A stretch of DNA of 64,000 nt. It comes from an uncultured Gemmatimonadaceae bacterium. GTDB taxonomy: Bacteria; Gemmatimonadota; Gemmatimonadetes; Gemmatimonadales; Gemmatimonadaceae. This document shows positions 32,768 through 44,178 of the stretch, one piece after another. Position numbers and translations under genes: made by a program. The stretch lies in assembly GCA_963843845.1 (NCBI GenBank), contig CAWJMB010000002.1, forward strand, positions 2,880,001 to 2,944,000. The letters are read 5' to 3'. Each line of letters begins with the position of its first letter. Position 1 is the first letter of the stretch. Below the pieces are notes generated by a model. The model was not told the origin of the DNA. It made no database searches and was given only the letters and a program-made list of their open reading frames with translations.

Positions 32768-33322
32768 TCACCCCTCGGCGGAGCTCGCCGCCAGCGCGGC
32801 GCCGAGTCGCGCGATCTGCCGTGCGTGGCGGAGCTGGTGCTGCGCGGTCAGGAGCAGCCACTGATAGGCGTCGATCTCGCCGGCGATCGGGTGGCGCAGC
32901 ATCACTTTCGTCGCGTCGATCTCCTCGTAGGCGCGCATCGCGTCGCGCAGCGCCGCTCGCGACCGCTCCCATTCCGTCATCGCGGCGTCGAACGGAACGT
33001 CCGCCGCGGGGCACACCACCTCGGGCGCCTGGAGCGGAGTCGTCGAATCGGCGACGCGCAGATGATCGAGCCGCCCGGCGATGGAGCTCGTCTCGCCGTC
33101 GGGGCCGACGCCGCTCTCGCGTGCCCGCATCGCGCGCTTGACGAGCAGCGCCGCTCCGGCCGCGTCCACGCGACTCAGGTGGTCGATGTGCTCGGCGACA
33201 CTCCACCCGCTGGCGGCGAGCCGGCGCTCGCGCGCGTCGGCGGGAATCGCGGAGACCGCGTCGAGGACGTCCTGATGATGGCGTGCGAGCAGCACGTCGA
33301 GCTCGTGAAGGCGAGGGTGCAT
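32768..33322 (-). CDS. DinB family protein
   Basis: WSVAEHIDHL, HP..G and HQLRHARQI. Confidence 0.88.
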   Translation of the reverse strand: MHPRLHELDVLLARHHQDVLDAVSAIPADARERRLAASGWSVAEHIDHLSRVDAAGAALLVKRAMRARESGVGPDGETSSIAGRLDHLRVADSTTPLQAPEVVCPAADVPFDAAMTEWERSRAALRDAMRAYEEIDATKVMLRHPIAGEIDAYQWLLLTAQHQLRHARQIARLGAALAASSAEG

Positions 33323-33366
33323 CGACCGGTCGAGTGAGGGCGTGGAGCTTGCACCGGGTAAGCTAC

Positions 33367-33741
33367 GTGAAGATCACCCTCCTGTCCGACGACCGCATTC
33401 GCTACGAGGCGGCGCCCGGCCCGCTGACCGTCGACGCCGAGAGCGCCGACCGCCAATTCTCGCCGTACCACATGGTCGCCGGCGGACTCGCCGTCTGCAC
33501 CTTCTCCGTCCTCGCCTCGTGGGCGACGCACGCGAACATCCCGATCGACGATCTCGTCATCGAGGTGACGTGGACGTTCGCCGAGCGGCCGCACCGCGTC
33601 GGCTCGATGGGACTGTCGTTCCGCTGGAAGAGCCTTCCGCCGAACCGCCTCGAGGCGGCGACGCGCGCCGCGAATCTCTGCCCCGTGCACACGACGCTCG
33701 CGCACGGCACGACGCTCACGGTCGAGGGTGCCGTCGCGTGA
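33367..33741 (+). CDS. OsmC family protein
   Basis: SP...GLAVC and CPVHTTL two-Cys pattern. Confidence 0.82.
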   Translation: MKITLLSDDRIRYEAAPGPLTVDAESADRQFSPYHMVAGGLAVCTFSVLASWATHANIPIDDLVIEVTWTFAERPHRVGSMGLSFRWKSLPPNRLEAATRAANLCPVHTTLAHGTTLTVEGAVA

Positions 33742-34238
33742 GCGTCTCGGTCGTGCAGTTCACCATCGCGGGGCGCCCACGCGACGCCACGCCGGCGGCG
33801 GCGTTCACGGCAGGGTGGTCCGGCACCGGCGAGGGGCGGCCGTACACGATCGTCTACGACGGGCACTGCAAGGTGTGCGGCAGGATGGTCGGCTTGCTAC
33901 GGAGTTGGGACCGTTCCGCGCGCCAGCTCGAAATCGTGCCGTCGCAGCTCGCCGGCGTGCAGGCGCGCTTTCCGTGGATTCCGGCCCGCGCATTCCTCGA
34001 CGGCGTACAACTCGTCGGCCCCAACGGCCAGACGTGGCAGGGCGCGCGCGCGATCGAGGAGATCATCGCCATCATGCCGCGCGGGGGACTCATCGCATGG
34101 ATCTTCAAGATCCCGTTCGTCCGCCCACTCGCGAACCGCTTCTATGGCTGGTTCGCGCGACATCGCTACATGCTCGGCTGCGGGGAGCACTGTACGGTGA
34201 AGCAGGAACTGCTCGACTTCGGCGAGGCTTCGACTTGA
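33738..34238 (+). CDS. DCC1-like thiol-disulfide oxidoreductase (DUF393)
   Basis: YDGHCKVC and YGWFARHRY; GTGA overlap with OsmC. Confidence 0.88.
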   Translation: MSVSVVQFTIAGRPRDATPAAAFTAGWSGTGEGRPYTIVYDGHCKVCGRMVGLLRSWDRSARQLEIVPSQLAGVQARFPWIPARAFLDGVQLVGPNGQTWQGARAIEEIIAIMPRGGLIAWIFKIPFVRPLANRFYGWFARHRYMLGCGEHCTVKQELLDFGEAST

Positions 34239-34269
34239 GGGGACATTCCCCAACAGAGCCGGCATCGGT

Positions 34270-35770
34270 CTACACGTCGTTCCGCTCCCGCTGCTGCGCC
34301 TCGGCGAGCCGCCGCAGCCACTCCTCGACCTGCTCGGCGTCCGCACCGTCGAGCGTCGCCGTCTCGAACTGCACCCCGTCGGGGGCCGAGCCTCCGCTCT
34401 CCGCGACCTCGTTCTCGATCATCTGACGCCACGTCGCGTTCTGGACGCTGTTGCCGACGGTGCTCATCGCGAGCCAGTCGATCACGTTCGCCGCGCGGTC
34501 GAGAACACGTCGATCTCGACTCGGAGCTTCGCCTCGCCCGCCGGCGCGACGGTGACACGGACGGCGCCGGCGAGCACGTGCCCCTCGACGGTCTGCAACG
34601 TCATGTGCGTCGGCGAGAGCTCGGCCACCCGCACCTGCACGTTGCCACGGGCCGGCAGCGCCATCGTCACCGTCTGCCCGAGCTCGCGGACCGACGTCGG
34701 CGAGTCCGGTTCGGCTTCGAGGTCCATCGAGCCGGGCGTCACTTCCTGGAACCGCATGCGGAAGCGGCGAAACAGCGACTCCGCTGACCCCGTCGCGCCG
34801 ACGACGTCCGCCCAGAAACGCTTGTGGTGCAGCGCGCCGACGCCGTCTTCCGGCAACTGCTCGGGCAGCGAGTCGAGCAGCGCCGTCAGTCCTGCGTCGA
34901 GCGACGTCGGCGTGACGCCCAGCACGGTGTCGAGCGCGTTCACGGCCGGCGCCTCGATCACGTTCCCCTCGACGAGCATCGTGAGCTGGCTGCCGTTCAG
35001 CGGCAGGTCGACGTCGAGCGCCTCCGCCGCGCGAATGCCGAGCGAGGCGAGCGCAGTCGGCACGGGGAGGCGCGTGGGGTGACGGTCGGTCAGCACCTCG
35101 AAGCGGTCCAGCAGGTCATGGATGGACGTGCGCTCCGGCCCCGCGACATCGAGCGTCTGACCGCCCAGCGAGGTGTTCTCGACGGCCGACGCGAGCGCCG
35201 CGCCGGCATCCTCCGCCCACAGCGGCTGAAACGCCTGCTTCCCGCCGCCGAGGACTGGAACGACGGGAAGCGCGCGGACCATGCGTAGCAGCATCGAGAT
35301 CTGCTCGTCTCCCGGCCCGTAGACATTCCCGAGTCGCACGACGACCGCCCGATCGCCGAACGCGGCGCGGACGACCTCTTCGCCCGCGAGCTTGCTTCGG
35401 TGGTACGGCGAGTGCCCGCGCTCGGCGCCCAACGACGAGACGTACACGACGTGCGGCACGTTCGCGCGGCGCGCCTCGTCGACGATGTGCCGCGTTCCCT
35501 CGACGTTCACCCGCTCGAACGTCGCGTCGCCGTCCTCGTCGACGATCGCCACGAGGTGCAGCAGCGCGTCGCACCCGTCGGCCGCGCCGCTCAGCGACTG
35601 CGCGTCGGTGACGTCGCCCACGCGTGCCTCGACGCCGCGCGGCCACCCCTTCACCGCGTCGTCGGCGTGCCGCGCGAGCAGCCTCACGGTGTGGCCGCGC
35701 GCGACGAGCGCGCGCACCGCCGCGTCGCCGACGACGCCGCTCCCACCGGTCACGAGCACATGCAGTGTCT

Positions 35771-35774
<4 letters not shown>
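34270..35774 (-). CDS. NAD(P)-binding epimerase/NDUFA9-like protein with extra C-terminal domain (probable frameshift near 34490)
   Basis: VTGGSGVVG, VSSLGA, YHRSK and VYGPGD. The 71 aa ORF 34270..34485 appears to continue the C-terminal DUF1990-like domain. Confidence 0.8.
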
Positions 35775-36562
<788 letters not shown>

Positions 36563-36635
36563 GGACCGTTCGTGAGGGTGACGCCGGACGCCCCGAGCAG
36601 AATCTATGCTCGACCGACACCGTTACCTTTCACCC

Positions 36636-37355
36636 GTGTCGACCGACGTCTTCCCGCCACCGCCCGCCGTCGTCCTCCTGAGCGGTGGGCTCGATTCCAC
36701 CACCTGCCTCGCGCTCGCCGCGCGCGACGGGTTCGCCGTCCACGCGCTGTCGTTCCGCTACGGCCAGCGCCACGCGCACGAGATCGAGGCCGCGCGCCGC
36801 GTCGCGACGCGCTACGCCGTCGCCAGCCACACCGTGGTCGACATCGACCTTCGCACGTTCGGCGGCTCGGCGCTCACGGCGGACATCGACGTACCGAAGG
36901 ACCGGCCGGCCGAGGTGATGGCGGCGGGCGTGCCGATCACGTACGTGCCTGCGCGGAACACCATCTTCCTCTCGTACGCGCTCGCGCTCGCCGAAGTGAG
37001 GGGCGCGCGCGACGTGTTCATCGGGGTGAACGCGCTCGACTATTCCGGCTACCCCGACTGCCGCCCCGCGTACGTCGCCGCGTTCGAGCGGATGGCGAAC
37101 CTCGCGACGCGCGCCGGCGTCGACGCGTCCGCGCGCGGCGAGACCGCGCTCCGCATCCGAACCCCGCTCCTCACGCTCACGAAAGCCGAGATCATCCGGC
37201 TCGGGCGGTCGCTCGACGTCGATTACGGCGAGACCACGAGCTGCTACGACCCGCCGCCGAACGGCGTCGCGTGCGGCCACTGCGACGCCTGCCAGCTTCG
37301 GTTGCGAGGCTTCGCCGAGGCCGGCGCGCGCGACCCGATCGCGTACGCGCCGTGA
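36636..37355 (+). CDS. queC: 7-cyano-7-deazaguanine synthase
   Basis: SGGLDS, YGQRH, TYVPARN, YPDCR and SCY...CGHCDAC. Confidence 0.96.
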   Translation: MSTDVFPPPPAVVLLSGGLDSTTCLALAARDGFAVHALSFRYGQRHAHEIEAARRVATRYAVASHTVVDIDLRTFGGSALTADIDVPKDRPAEVMAAGVPITYVPARNTIFLSYALALAEVRGARDVFIGVNALDYSGYPDCRPAYVAAFERMANLATRAGVDASARGETALRIRTPLLTLTKAEIIRLGRSLDVDYGETTSCYDPPPNGVACGHCDACQLRLRGFAEAGARDPIAYAP

Positions 37356-37362
37356 GTCGCGT

Positions 37363-38013
37363 GTGAGCTACACGGTCAAGGAGATCTTCTACACGCTGCA
37401 GGGCGAAGGCGCGAACGCCGGCCGCGCGGCGGTGTTCTGCCGCTTCGCGGGGTGCAATCTCTGGACGGGGCGCGAGGCGGACCGGCACCGCGCCGTCTGT
37501 CGGTTCTGCGACACGGACTTCGTCGGCGTCGGGCCCGACGGCGGTCGATTCGCGACCGCCGAGGCGCTGGCGGCGGCGGTCGCCGCGCGGTGGCCGGTGA
37601 ACGATCGGGGCGACCCGCTCGGGACCCCGTTCGTCGTCTGCACGGGGGGCGAGCCGCTGCTGCAACTCGACGCGGTCGCGGTCGCCGCGCTCCACGCACG
37701 CGGCTTTCTCGTCGCCGTCGAGACGAACGGCACGCAGCCGGCCGTGCCCGGGATCGACTGGATGTGCGTCAGCCCGAAGGCCAACGCGCCGCTCGCGGTC
37801 ACTGGCGGCGACGAGCTGAAGCTCGTCTACCCGCAGACCGCCGCCGAGGCGCAGCCGGAACGATTCGCGGAGCTGGCGTTCCGGCACTTCTTCCTCCAGC
37901 CGATGGACGGGCCGGACGCCGCCGCGAACACGGACGCGGCGATCGCCTACTGCCTCGCACATCCGCAGTGGCGGCTCTCCGTGCAGACACACAAGGTCGT
38001 CGGCATCCGGTAA
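37363..38013 (+). CDS. queE: 7-carboxy-7-deazaguanine synthase (Cx14CxxC type)
   Basis: EIFYTLQGEG, CNLW...CRFCDT, TGGEP, ETNG, SPK and QTHK. Confidence 0.96.
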   Translation: MSYTVKEIFYTLQGEGANAGRAAVFCRFAGCNLWTGREADRHRAVCRFCDTDFVGVGPDGGRFATAEALAAAVAARWPVNDRGDPLGTPFVVCTGGEPLLQLDAVAVAALHARGFLVAVETNGTQPAVPGIDWMCVSPKANAPLAVTGGDELKLVYPQTAAEAQPERFAELAFRHFFLQPMDGPDAAANTDAAIAYCLAHPQWRLSVQTHKVVGIR

Positions 38014-38181
38014 GGGAAAATCCGTTCGGATCGTCCTGACCACGCGGTCAGCGCTCGGCCGGATTGCTCGACCCCGCCGGGTTCTGGGCCGTCGGCGCGG
38101 CGGGGTAGCTTCTCCGGAGTCGTTCGCCGGGGGCGTTCGTCCCCTTCCCCGGCTCCGCCTCGACGTAAGAGGTCCCGCCGC

Positions 38182-39042
38182 ATGTCCGTGCTCACGTTCC
38201 GCCGCGCCTACGCGCTGATCGCGCTCGTTGCGATCACCGCGACCACTCCGGTCGCCGCCGCGCCTACCCTGGGCAGTGCGGCAGCCGCGCGCTCGGCGCC
38301 ACCGAAGCGAGCGGCGGCGACGAAGGGGAAGCCGACGTCCAAACGCGCGAGCGCCCGCCGCACGAGTCGGACGGTGGCACGTCGGGGAGCGTCGACGAAG
38401 CCCACCCGCCCGACGACGCGACCAGCCGCGGACAGCGCCATCCTGCCGTCGCTGCCGACGCTCGTGTCGCAGTCGATCGGCACCCTGAACGTCGGCGGCA
38501 GCGAGACGCCGCTCGAGATCGTCGGCATCGCGCCGGCCACCGGCTCCTCGAACGCGTCCTCGAACGCGTCCTCGAACGCGTCCTCGACCGACGCGCGCCC
38601 GTTCGCGGCGTTCAGCGCGTCGGCGGAGCGGATGATGTCGGGGATGATCGACCGCGCGCGCAGCCAGCTCGGCACGCGCTACGTGCTCGGCGGGAACCGG
38701 CCGGACGAGGCGCTCGACTGCAGTTCGTTCGCCCGCTTCGCGATGCAGGCGTTCGGGATCACGCTGCCGCGCACCGCGGCGCAGCAGGCGAAGGTCGGCG
38801 ACGCGGTGCCGCGCGATCGCAAGCAGCTCCGGCCGGGCGACCTGCTGACGTTCGGCAGCCGCACGCGCGTCTCGCACGTCGGCATCTATCTCGGCGAGGG
38901 GCGCTTCATCCACGCGAGCGTGAAGTCGGGGCAGGTCATCGAGACGACGATCGAGCGCAACACGCGGCTCTTCCGCCGCTGGCTCGGCGCGCGCCGGTTG
39001 CTCGCCACGAACGACAGCAGCACCCAGCGCGGCGACGGCTGA
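38182..39042 (+). CDS. Secreted NlpC/P60 (C40) cell-wall peptidase
   Basis: Signal peptide, basic linker, then DCSSF, LPRTA, PGDLL, HVGIY and FIHAS. Confidence 0.92.
   Translation: MSVLTFRRAYALIALVAITATTPVAAAPTLGSAAAARSAPPKRAAATKGKPTSKRASARRTSRTVARRGASTKPTRPTTRPAADSAILPSLPTLVSQSIGTLNVGGSETPLEIVGIAPATGSSNASSNASSNASSTDARPFAAFSASAERMMSGMIDRARSQLGTRYVLGGNRPDEALDCSSFARFAMQAFGITLPRTAAQQAKVGDAVPRDRKQLRPGDLLTFGSRTRVSHVGIYLGEGRFIHASVKSGQVIETTIERNTRLFRRWLGARRLLATNDSSTQRGDG
38545..38587 (+). repeat. In-frame 12-bp tandem repeat TCCTCGAACGCG x3.6 (SSNA)
   Basis: Read directly from the sequence. Confidence 0.9.
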
Positions 39043-39204
39043 GACAGGAACGGCACTTGCTCTACGGCAGAGCGAAATCGCGGAGCTGACGTCGTCGACG
39101 GCGGGGACGCGGTTGTGCGCGCCCTTTCGCCACATCGCTGCTCCGCGTGACGAACGTCGTTTCGTAGGCGGCAGCGTGGCCGTCTCCGACTCTGCACCGT
39201 CGTC

Positions 39205-40497
39205 ATGATCCGCTTCGACCGCTCGGCTCGCTCTGCACTCCTCACGCTCGACGCGCCGCTCATCGTTCACAGCCACCTGCGCTGGGACTTCGTCTGGCAG
39301 CGTCCGCAGCAATTGCTCTCCCGGTTCGCCGCGCGAGTTCCGGTGCTGTTCGTCGAAGAGCCGATCTTCGCGGACGACGTCGTGCAGGCGCGCCTCGACC
39401 TCTCCACGCCGGCAGCGAACGTGACGCGGGCGGTGCCCGTGCTCTCCGGCTCGGTGCGCCACGACGCCGACTCGGCGCTGGCCGAGGTCCGCTCGCTCGT
39501 GCTGCGCGCGATCGGGCGCGGCGGGCCGCTGGCCGGTCAGTTCAGCGCACCGGTGCAGTGGTTCTACACGCCGATGCCGGCGCCGGCGATGCTCGGCGCG
39601 TTCGGCGAGCGGGGCGTCGTCTACGACTGCATGGACGAGCTGTCGAAGTTCCGCTTCGCCCCCCCGGAGTTGATCGAGCGCGAGCGCGTCCTGATGTCGC
39701 GCGCCGACGTCGTCTTCACCGGCGGTCATCGCCTCTGGCAGTCGAAGTCGCGCCATCACCCGAACGTGCACTTCTTCGGGTGCGGCGTCGACTCGGCGCA
39801 CTTCTCGACGGCACGCGACGAGTCGCTGCCCGTGCCGAGCGACCTGGCTGACGTCGACGCGCCGATCCTCGGCTACTACGGCGTGATCGACGAGCGGATC
39901 GACTACCCGCTCATCGCGTCGCTCGCCGCGGCGTACCCGGAGTACGTCGTCGCGATGGTCGGGCCGGTCGTGAAGGTCGACCCCCGCGACCTGCCGCAGG
40001 CGCCGAACCTTCGCTGGCTCGGGCAGAAGCAGTACGGCGAGCTGCCGCAGTACGCGAAGGCGTTCGACGTCTGCCTCATGCCGTTCGCGCTGAACGAGGC
40101 GACCGAGTACATCAACCCGACGAAGACGCTCGAGTACATGGCCGCCGGCCGCCCGATCGTCTCGACGCCGATCGCCGACGTCGTGCACCACTTCACGCCG
40201 GTCGTGAAGGTCGCGCGCTCCGACGACGGCTTCGTCGCCGCGGTGCGCGCGGCGCTCGTCTGCCCGGAGCCGGGGCTGATCGCGCGCGGCATCGAGATGG
40301 CCGCGGACCACTCGTGGGAGTCGATCGTCGCGCGGATGGGCGGCATCATCGCCGCCGCGCTCGAGCCGCAGCAGACCGTGCCCGAGGTCGAGGTGTCGAC
40401 GGCGGCGGCGGTCGCGCCACTCGCATCCCGGTCCGCCCCGGCGACGCGTCGCATCCCGGCCGCCACCGTGCATGCGGGCGAGGAGCAGGTGGCCTGA
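39205..40497 (+). CDS. GT-B glycosyltransferase
   Basis: SHLRWDFVWQRPQQL, YDCMDELS, GVIDERID and PTKTLEYMAAG. Confidence 0.9.
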   Translation: MIRFDRSARSALLTLDAPLIVHSHLRWDFVWQRPQQLLSRFAARVPVLFVEEPIFADDVVQARLDLSTPAANVTRAVPVLSGSVRHDADSALAEVRSLVLRAIGRGGPLAGQFSAPVQWFYTPMPAPAMLGAFGERGVVYDCMDELSKFRFAPPELIERERVLMSRADVVFTGGHRLWQSKSRHHPNVHFFGCGVDSAHFSTARDESLPVPSDLADVDAPILGYYGVIDERIDYPLIASLAAAYPEYVVAMVGPVVKVDPRDLPQAPNLRWLGQKQYGELPQYAKAFDVCLMPFALNEATEYINPTKTLEYMAAGRPIVSTPIADVVHHFTPVVKVARSDDGFVAAVRAALVCPEPGLIARGIEMAADHSWESIVARMGGIIAAALEPQQTVPEVEVSTAAAVAPLASRSAPATRRIPAATVHAGEEQVA

Positions 40498-40501
40498 GCC
40501 G

Positions 40502-42784
40502 ATGACCACGACGTCCCGGCTCGAACTCTGGGCCGGCGTCGAGTGCACGGTCAACCGCGTCGGCGACCGGTACAGCGATCAGATCGCGCGTACCGGTCAC
40601 GCCGACAGGCTGGACGATCTCGACCGGCTCACCGAGCTCGGGATCGCTGCGCTCCGCACGCCGGTGCTCTGGGAGCGCGTCGCTCCGAATGGGCTGCAGA
40701 ACGCCGACTGGTCGTGGACCGATGCCCGCCTCGATCGGCTCCGCGCGCGCGGCGTGCGTCCCATCGTCACGCTGCTGCACCACGGCAGCGGCCCCCGCGA
40801 CACCAGTCTGCTCGACCCCGACTTCCCCGCGCGCTTCGCCGAGTTCGCCGACGCGTGCGCGCGGCGGTACGCGTGGATCGAGGAGTGGACGCCGATCAAC
40901 GAGCCGCTGACCACGGCCCGCTTCAGCGCGCTCTACGGCATGTGGTACCCGCACGCCGCCGACGATCGTTCGTTCGCGCGTGCCTTCGTGCACCAGATCG
41001 ATGGGATCCGTCGCGCGATGCGAGCGATCCGCGCGGTGGTGCCGAACGCGCGCCTCGTGCAGACGGAAGACCTCGGCAAGACGCACAGCGTGCCGTCGCT
41101 CGCCGCGCAGGCGCACTTCGAGAACACGCGCCGCTGGCTCACGTTCGACCTGCTCTGCGGCACGCTCGCGCCCGACGACGTGACGTGGGAATTCCTCACG
41201 CACGAGGGTGGCCTCGACGAACGGACACTGGCGAGCTTCGTCGACGCGCCCTGTCCGCCCGACGTGTTGGGCATCAACCACTACCTCACGAGCGAGCGCT
41301 TCCTCGACCGCCGCCTGTCGCGCTATCCGTCGCACACGCACGGCGGCAACGGGCGCGAGCGCTACGCCGACGTCGAAGCCGTGCGCGTGCTCGCCGACGG
41401 ACCGGCCGGGCCCGAGCGGCTGCTCTGCGAGGCGTGGGTGCGCTACGGCCGTCCGATCGCCATCACCGAATGCCACCTCGCCTGCACGCGCGAGCAGCAG
41501 ATGCGGTGGCTGCACGAGGTGTGGACGGCAGCCGTGAGCGCGCGAACGCGCGGCGCCGACGTGCGCGCCGTGACCGCCTGGGCGGCGTTCGGCTCGTACG
41601 ACTGGGCGAGTCTGCTGACCCGCGACGACGGACGCTACGAGCCTGGCGTGTTCGACGTGCGAGGCGCCGCGGCCCCACGCGCGACGGCGCTCGCCGCGAT
41701 GCTCCGCGGGCTGGCCACGACCGGCGACTACGAGCACCCGGCGCTCGAGGGTCCGGGGTGGTGGGAGATGCCGTCGCGACTGCTCTACCCGTCCGCCAGA
41801 TCGCTCGACCGCCGGGGCGACGTCGCGTCGGCGCGCGAGCGCGCCGTCGTCGCGCGACGCTCGACGACCGCGCGCCCCGTCCTCGTCACATCGCCCGCGA
41901 CGTCGCTCGGCCGGGCGTTCGTGGAGGCGTGTGATCGGCGCGGGCTCGCGTGGCGCGCGATGGCGGTCGGCACGTCGGACCCTGACGCGCTCGACCGCGC
42001 CCTGGACGGTGCGAACCCGTGGGCGATCGTCGACACCGGCGCCTACACGCGCGTCGACGACGCCGAGCGCGAGCGCGAGGCGTGCTGGGACGCGAACGTG
42101 CACGCGCCGGCCGCACTCGCCCGGCGCTGCGCGGAGCGCGGCATTCCACTCGTCACCGTCTCGTCGCATCTCGTGTTCGACGGCGACGCCGCGTCGCCGT
42201 ACGTCGAGCGCGACACGCCGCGCCCCGTCAACGCGCTCGGCACGTCGATGCTGGCCGGCGAGCGCGAGGTGCTCGGTGCCCACGACGCGGCCCTCGTGCT
42301 CCGACTCGGCTCGTGCGTCGCGCCGTGGGACGACCGCGGGTTCGTCGCGCGCGCGCTGCGCGCGTTCGCCGCGCGCCGCCCGTTCCGCGCGCTCGCCGAC
42401 GTGACCGTGACGGCCACCTTCCTGCCGACCGCCGCCGACGCCGCGCTCGATCTCGTCGTCGACGGCGAACGCGGCGTCTGGCACCTGGCGAACGCCGGCG
42501 CCGTGACGTGGTCGGAGCTCGCCGTGCGAGCGGCGCGCCACGCCGGACTGTCGCACGACACGCTGGTGCCGGTGTCGCTCGCCGACGCCGCACTTCCCGC
42601 CCCGCGCCCGCGCTACAGCGCGCTCGCGAGCGAGCGCGGCCTCCTGGTGGGCGACATCGACGAGGCGCTCGCGGACTTCGTCGCCACGCACCGGCGGCTC
42701 TACGGATCGAACCCCTGGTTGTCACCCGCGTCACCGGTGGTGACGCGCCGAGTTTCACGCCTCAGCGCGAGGAGCGCCGTTTAA
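40502..42784 (+). CDS. GH1-like glycoside hydrolase fused to RmlD-like domain
   Basis: TLLHHG, INEP, GINHY and ITE in the N-terminal domain; AYTRVDDAE, SS..VFDG and GVWHLAN in the C-terminal domain. Confidence 0.88.
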   Translation: MTTTSRLELWAGVECTVNRVGDRYSDQIARTGHADRLDDLDRLTELGIAALRTPVLWERVAPNGLQNADWSWTDARLDRLRARGVRPIVTLLHHGSGPRDTSLLDPDFPARFAEFADACARRYAWIEEWTPINEPLTTARFSALYGMWYPHAADDRSFARAFVHQIDGIRRAMRAIRAVVPNARLVQTEDLGKTHSVPSLAAQAHFENTRRWLTFDLLCGTLAPDDVTWEFLTHEGGLDERTLASFVDAPCPPDVLGINHYLTSERFLDRRLSRYPSHTHGGNGRERYADVEAVRVLADGPAGPERLLCEAWVRYGRPIAITECHLACTREQQMRWLHEVWTAAVSARTRGADVRAVTAWAAFGSYDWASLLTRDDGRYEPGVFDVRGAAAPRATALAAMLRGLATTGDYEHPALEGPGWWEMPSRLLYPSARSLDRRGDVASARERAVVARRSTTARPVLVTSPATSLGRAFVEACDRRGLAWRAMAVGTSDPDALDRALDGANPWAIVDTGAYTRVDDAEREREACWDANVHAPAALARRCAERGIPLVTVSSHLVFDGDAASPYVERDTPRPVNALGTSMLAGEREVLGAHDAALVLRLGSCVAPWDDRGFVARALRAFAARRPFRALADVTVTATFLPTAADAALDLVVDGERGVWHLANAGAVTWSELAVRAARHAGLSHDTLVPVSLADAALPAPRPRYSALASERGLLVGDIDEALADFVATHRRLYGSNPWLSPASPVVTRRVSRLSARSAV

Positions 42785-44164
42785 GTGTCGGATCAGCAGA
42801 AAATCGTCATCGTCGGCGCCGGCCCCACCGGGCTGGGCGCCGCGTATCGCTTGCAGGAACTCGGGTACCGCAACTTCAAGGTGCTCGAGGCACGGCACAA
42901 AGTCGGCGGGCTCGCGTCGAGCGAGACGAGCCCGAACGGCTTCACGTACGACATCGGCGGGCACGTGCTCTTCTCGCACTACCCGTACTTCGACCGGCTG
43001 TTCGACACGCTGATGGGCGACGACTACCAGGAGCTCGTGCGCGAGGCCTGGGTGTGGATGTGCGACCGGTTCGTGCCGTACCCATTCCAGAACAACATCC
43101 GGCAACTTCCGAAAGAGGTCGTTCTCGAGTGCCTGTTGGGCCTCATCGAGGCGCAGCGGCAGCCGATCGACCTGGCGGCGATCGAGAACTTCGAGGAGCT
43201 CATTCACAAGCAGTTCGGCGCCGGCATCGCCAAGCATTTCATGATGCCGTACAACTTCAAAGTGTGGGCGCACCCGCCGCGCATGATGAACAAGGAGTGG
43301 ATCGGCGAGCGCGTGTCGACGCCGCCGATCGCGCGGGTGTTGGGCAACGTCGTCCTCGACAGGGACGACGCCGGGTGGGGGCCGAACAACACGTTCAAGT
43401 ATCCGCGCTACGGCGGGACCGGTGGGCTGTTCGAGCGGATCGTGCCCTACATCGAGGAGCACCTGTCGCTGAACACCGCGACCGTCCGCGTCGACGCCGC
43501 ACGCAAGGAAGTGGTTCTCGCCGACGGCACGCGCGAGCCGTACGATCTGCTCCTGTCGACGATGCCGCTCGACGTGCTCGTCGGCATGACCGACGGCGCG
43601 CCCGACTCGGTGCGCGACGAGTCGAAGCGGCTCCGTCACTCGGGCTCGTTCGTCGTCGGTGTCGGCGTGAACCGCCCCGCGCCGACGACGAAGTGCTGGA
43701 TCTACTATCCCGAGAGCGACGCACCGTTCTACCGCGTCACGTATCTCTCGAACTACAGCCCCGAGGTCGTCCCCGACGTCACGCGCCAGCACTCGCTGCT
43801 CGCCGAGATCTCGCACTCCGAGTTCAAGCCGGAGAACCGCGATGCGGTGATCGAGCAGACGATCCAGGGGATGCTCAACACGCGACTGCTCGAAGAGTCC
43901 GACGTCGACAGTCTCGCCGACACGTTTCTCATCGAGCGCAACTACACGTACCCGACGCCGAGTCTCGAGCGCGACGGCGCCCTGCGCGCGATCCTGCCGT
44001 GGCTCGAGTCGCAGGACGTCTACTCGCGCGGCCGCTTCGGCGCGTGGCGCTACGAAGTCGGCAACATGGACCACTCGGTCGCGCAGGGCGTCGAGTGGGT
44101 GAACCGCGCGGTGCTCGGCGAGCGCGAGGAGGAGTTGACGTATCTCGCGAAGCGGGGGTGCTGA
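42785..44164 (+). CDS. FAD-dependent oxidoreductase, eukaryote-type UDP-galactopyranose mutase homologue
   Basis: GAGPTG, GGHVLFSHY, YPFQNN, PYNFKVWA, WGPN..F..P..GGTG, PFYR.T..SNYSP and RGRFGAWRYEVGN.DHS. Confidence 0.82.
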   Translation: MSDQQKIVIVGAGPTGLGAAYRLQELGYRNFKVLEARHKVGGLASSETSPNGFTYDIGGHVLFSHYPYFDRLFDTLMGDDYQELVREAWVWMCDRFVPYPFQNNIRQLPKEVVLECLLGLIEAQRQPIDLAAIENFEELIHKQFGAGIAKHFMMPYNFKVWAHPPRMMNKEWIGERVSTPPIARVLGNVVLDRDDAGWGPNNTFKYPRYGGTGGLFERIVPYIEEHLSLNTATVRVDAARKEVVLADGTREPYDLLLSTMPLDVLVGMTDGAPDSVRDESKRLRHSGSFVVGVGVNRPAPTTKCWIYYPESDAPFYRVTYLSNYSPEVVPDVTRQHSLLAEISHSEFKPENRDAVIEQTIQGMLNTRLLEESDVDSLADTFLIERNYTYPTPSLERDGALRAILPWLESQDVYSRGRFGAWRYEVGNMDHSVAQGVEWVNRAVLGEREEELTYLAKRGC

Positions 44165-44178
44165 GGGCAGCCCGGGGA

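Noticed and set aside
36636..38013. queCE as part of a 7-deazaguanine DNA-modification defence island
   Set aside because: No dpdA/tgtA5-like or other dpd genes nearby; the context is housekeeping tRNA queuosine synthesis.
38014..38181. c-di-AMP or preQ1 riboswitch before NlpC/P60 or near que genes
   Set aside because: The conserved riboswitch motifs were not recognisable.
37192..40554. Long Arg/Ala-rich ORFs (for example 341..3064, 27894..30287, 37192..40554)
   Set aside because: Shadow frames of real genes, expected in high-GC DNA.
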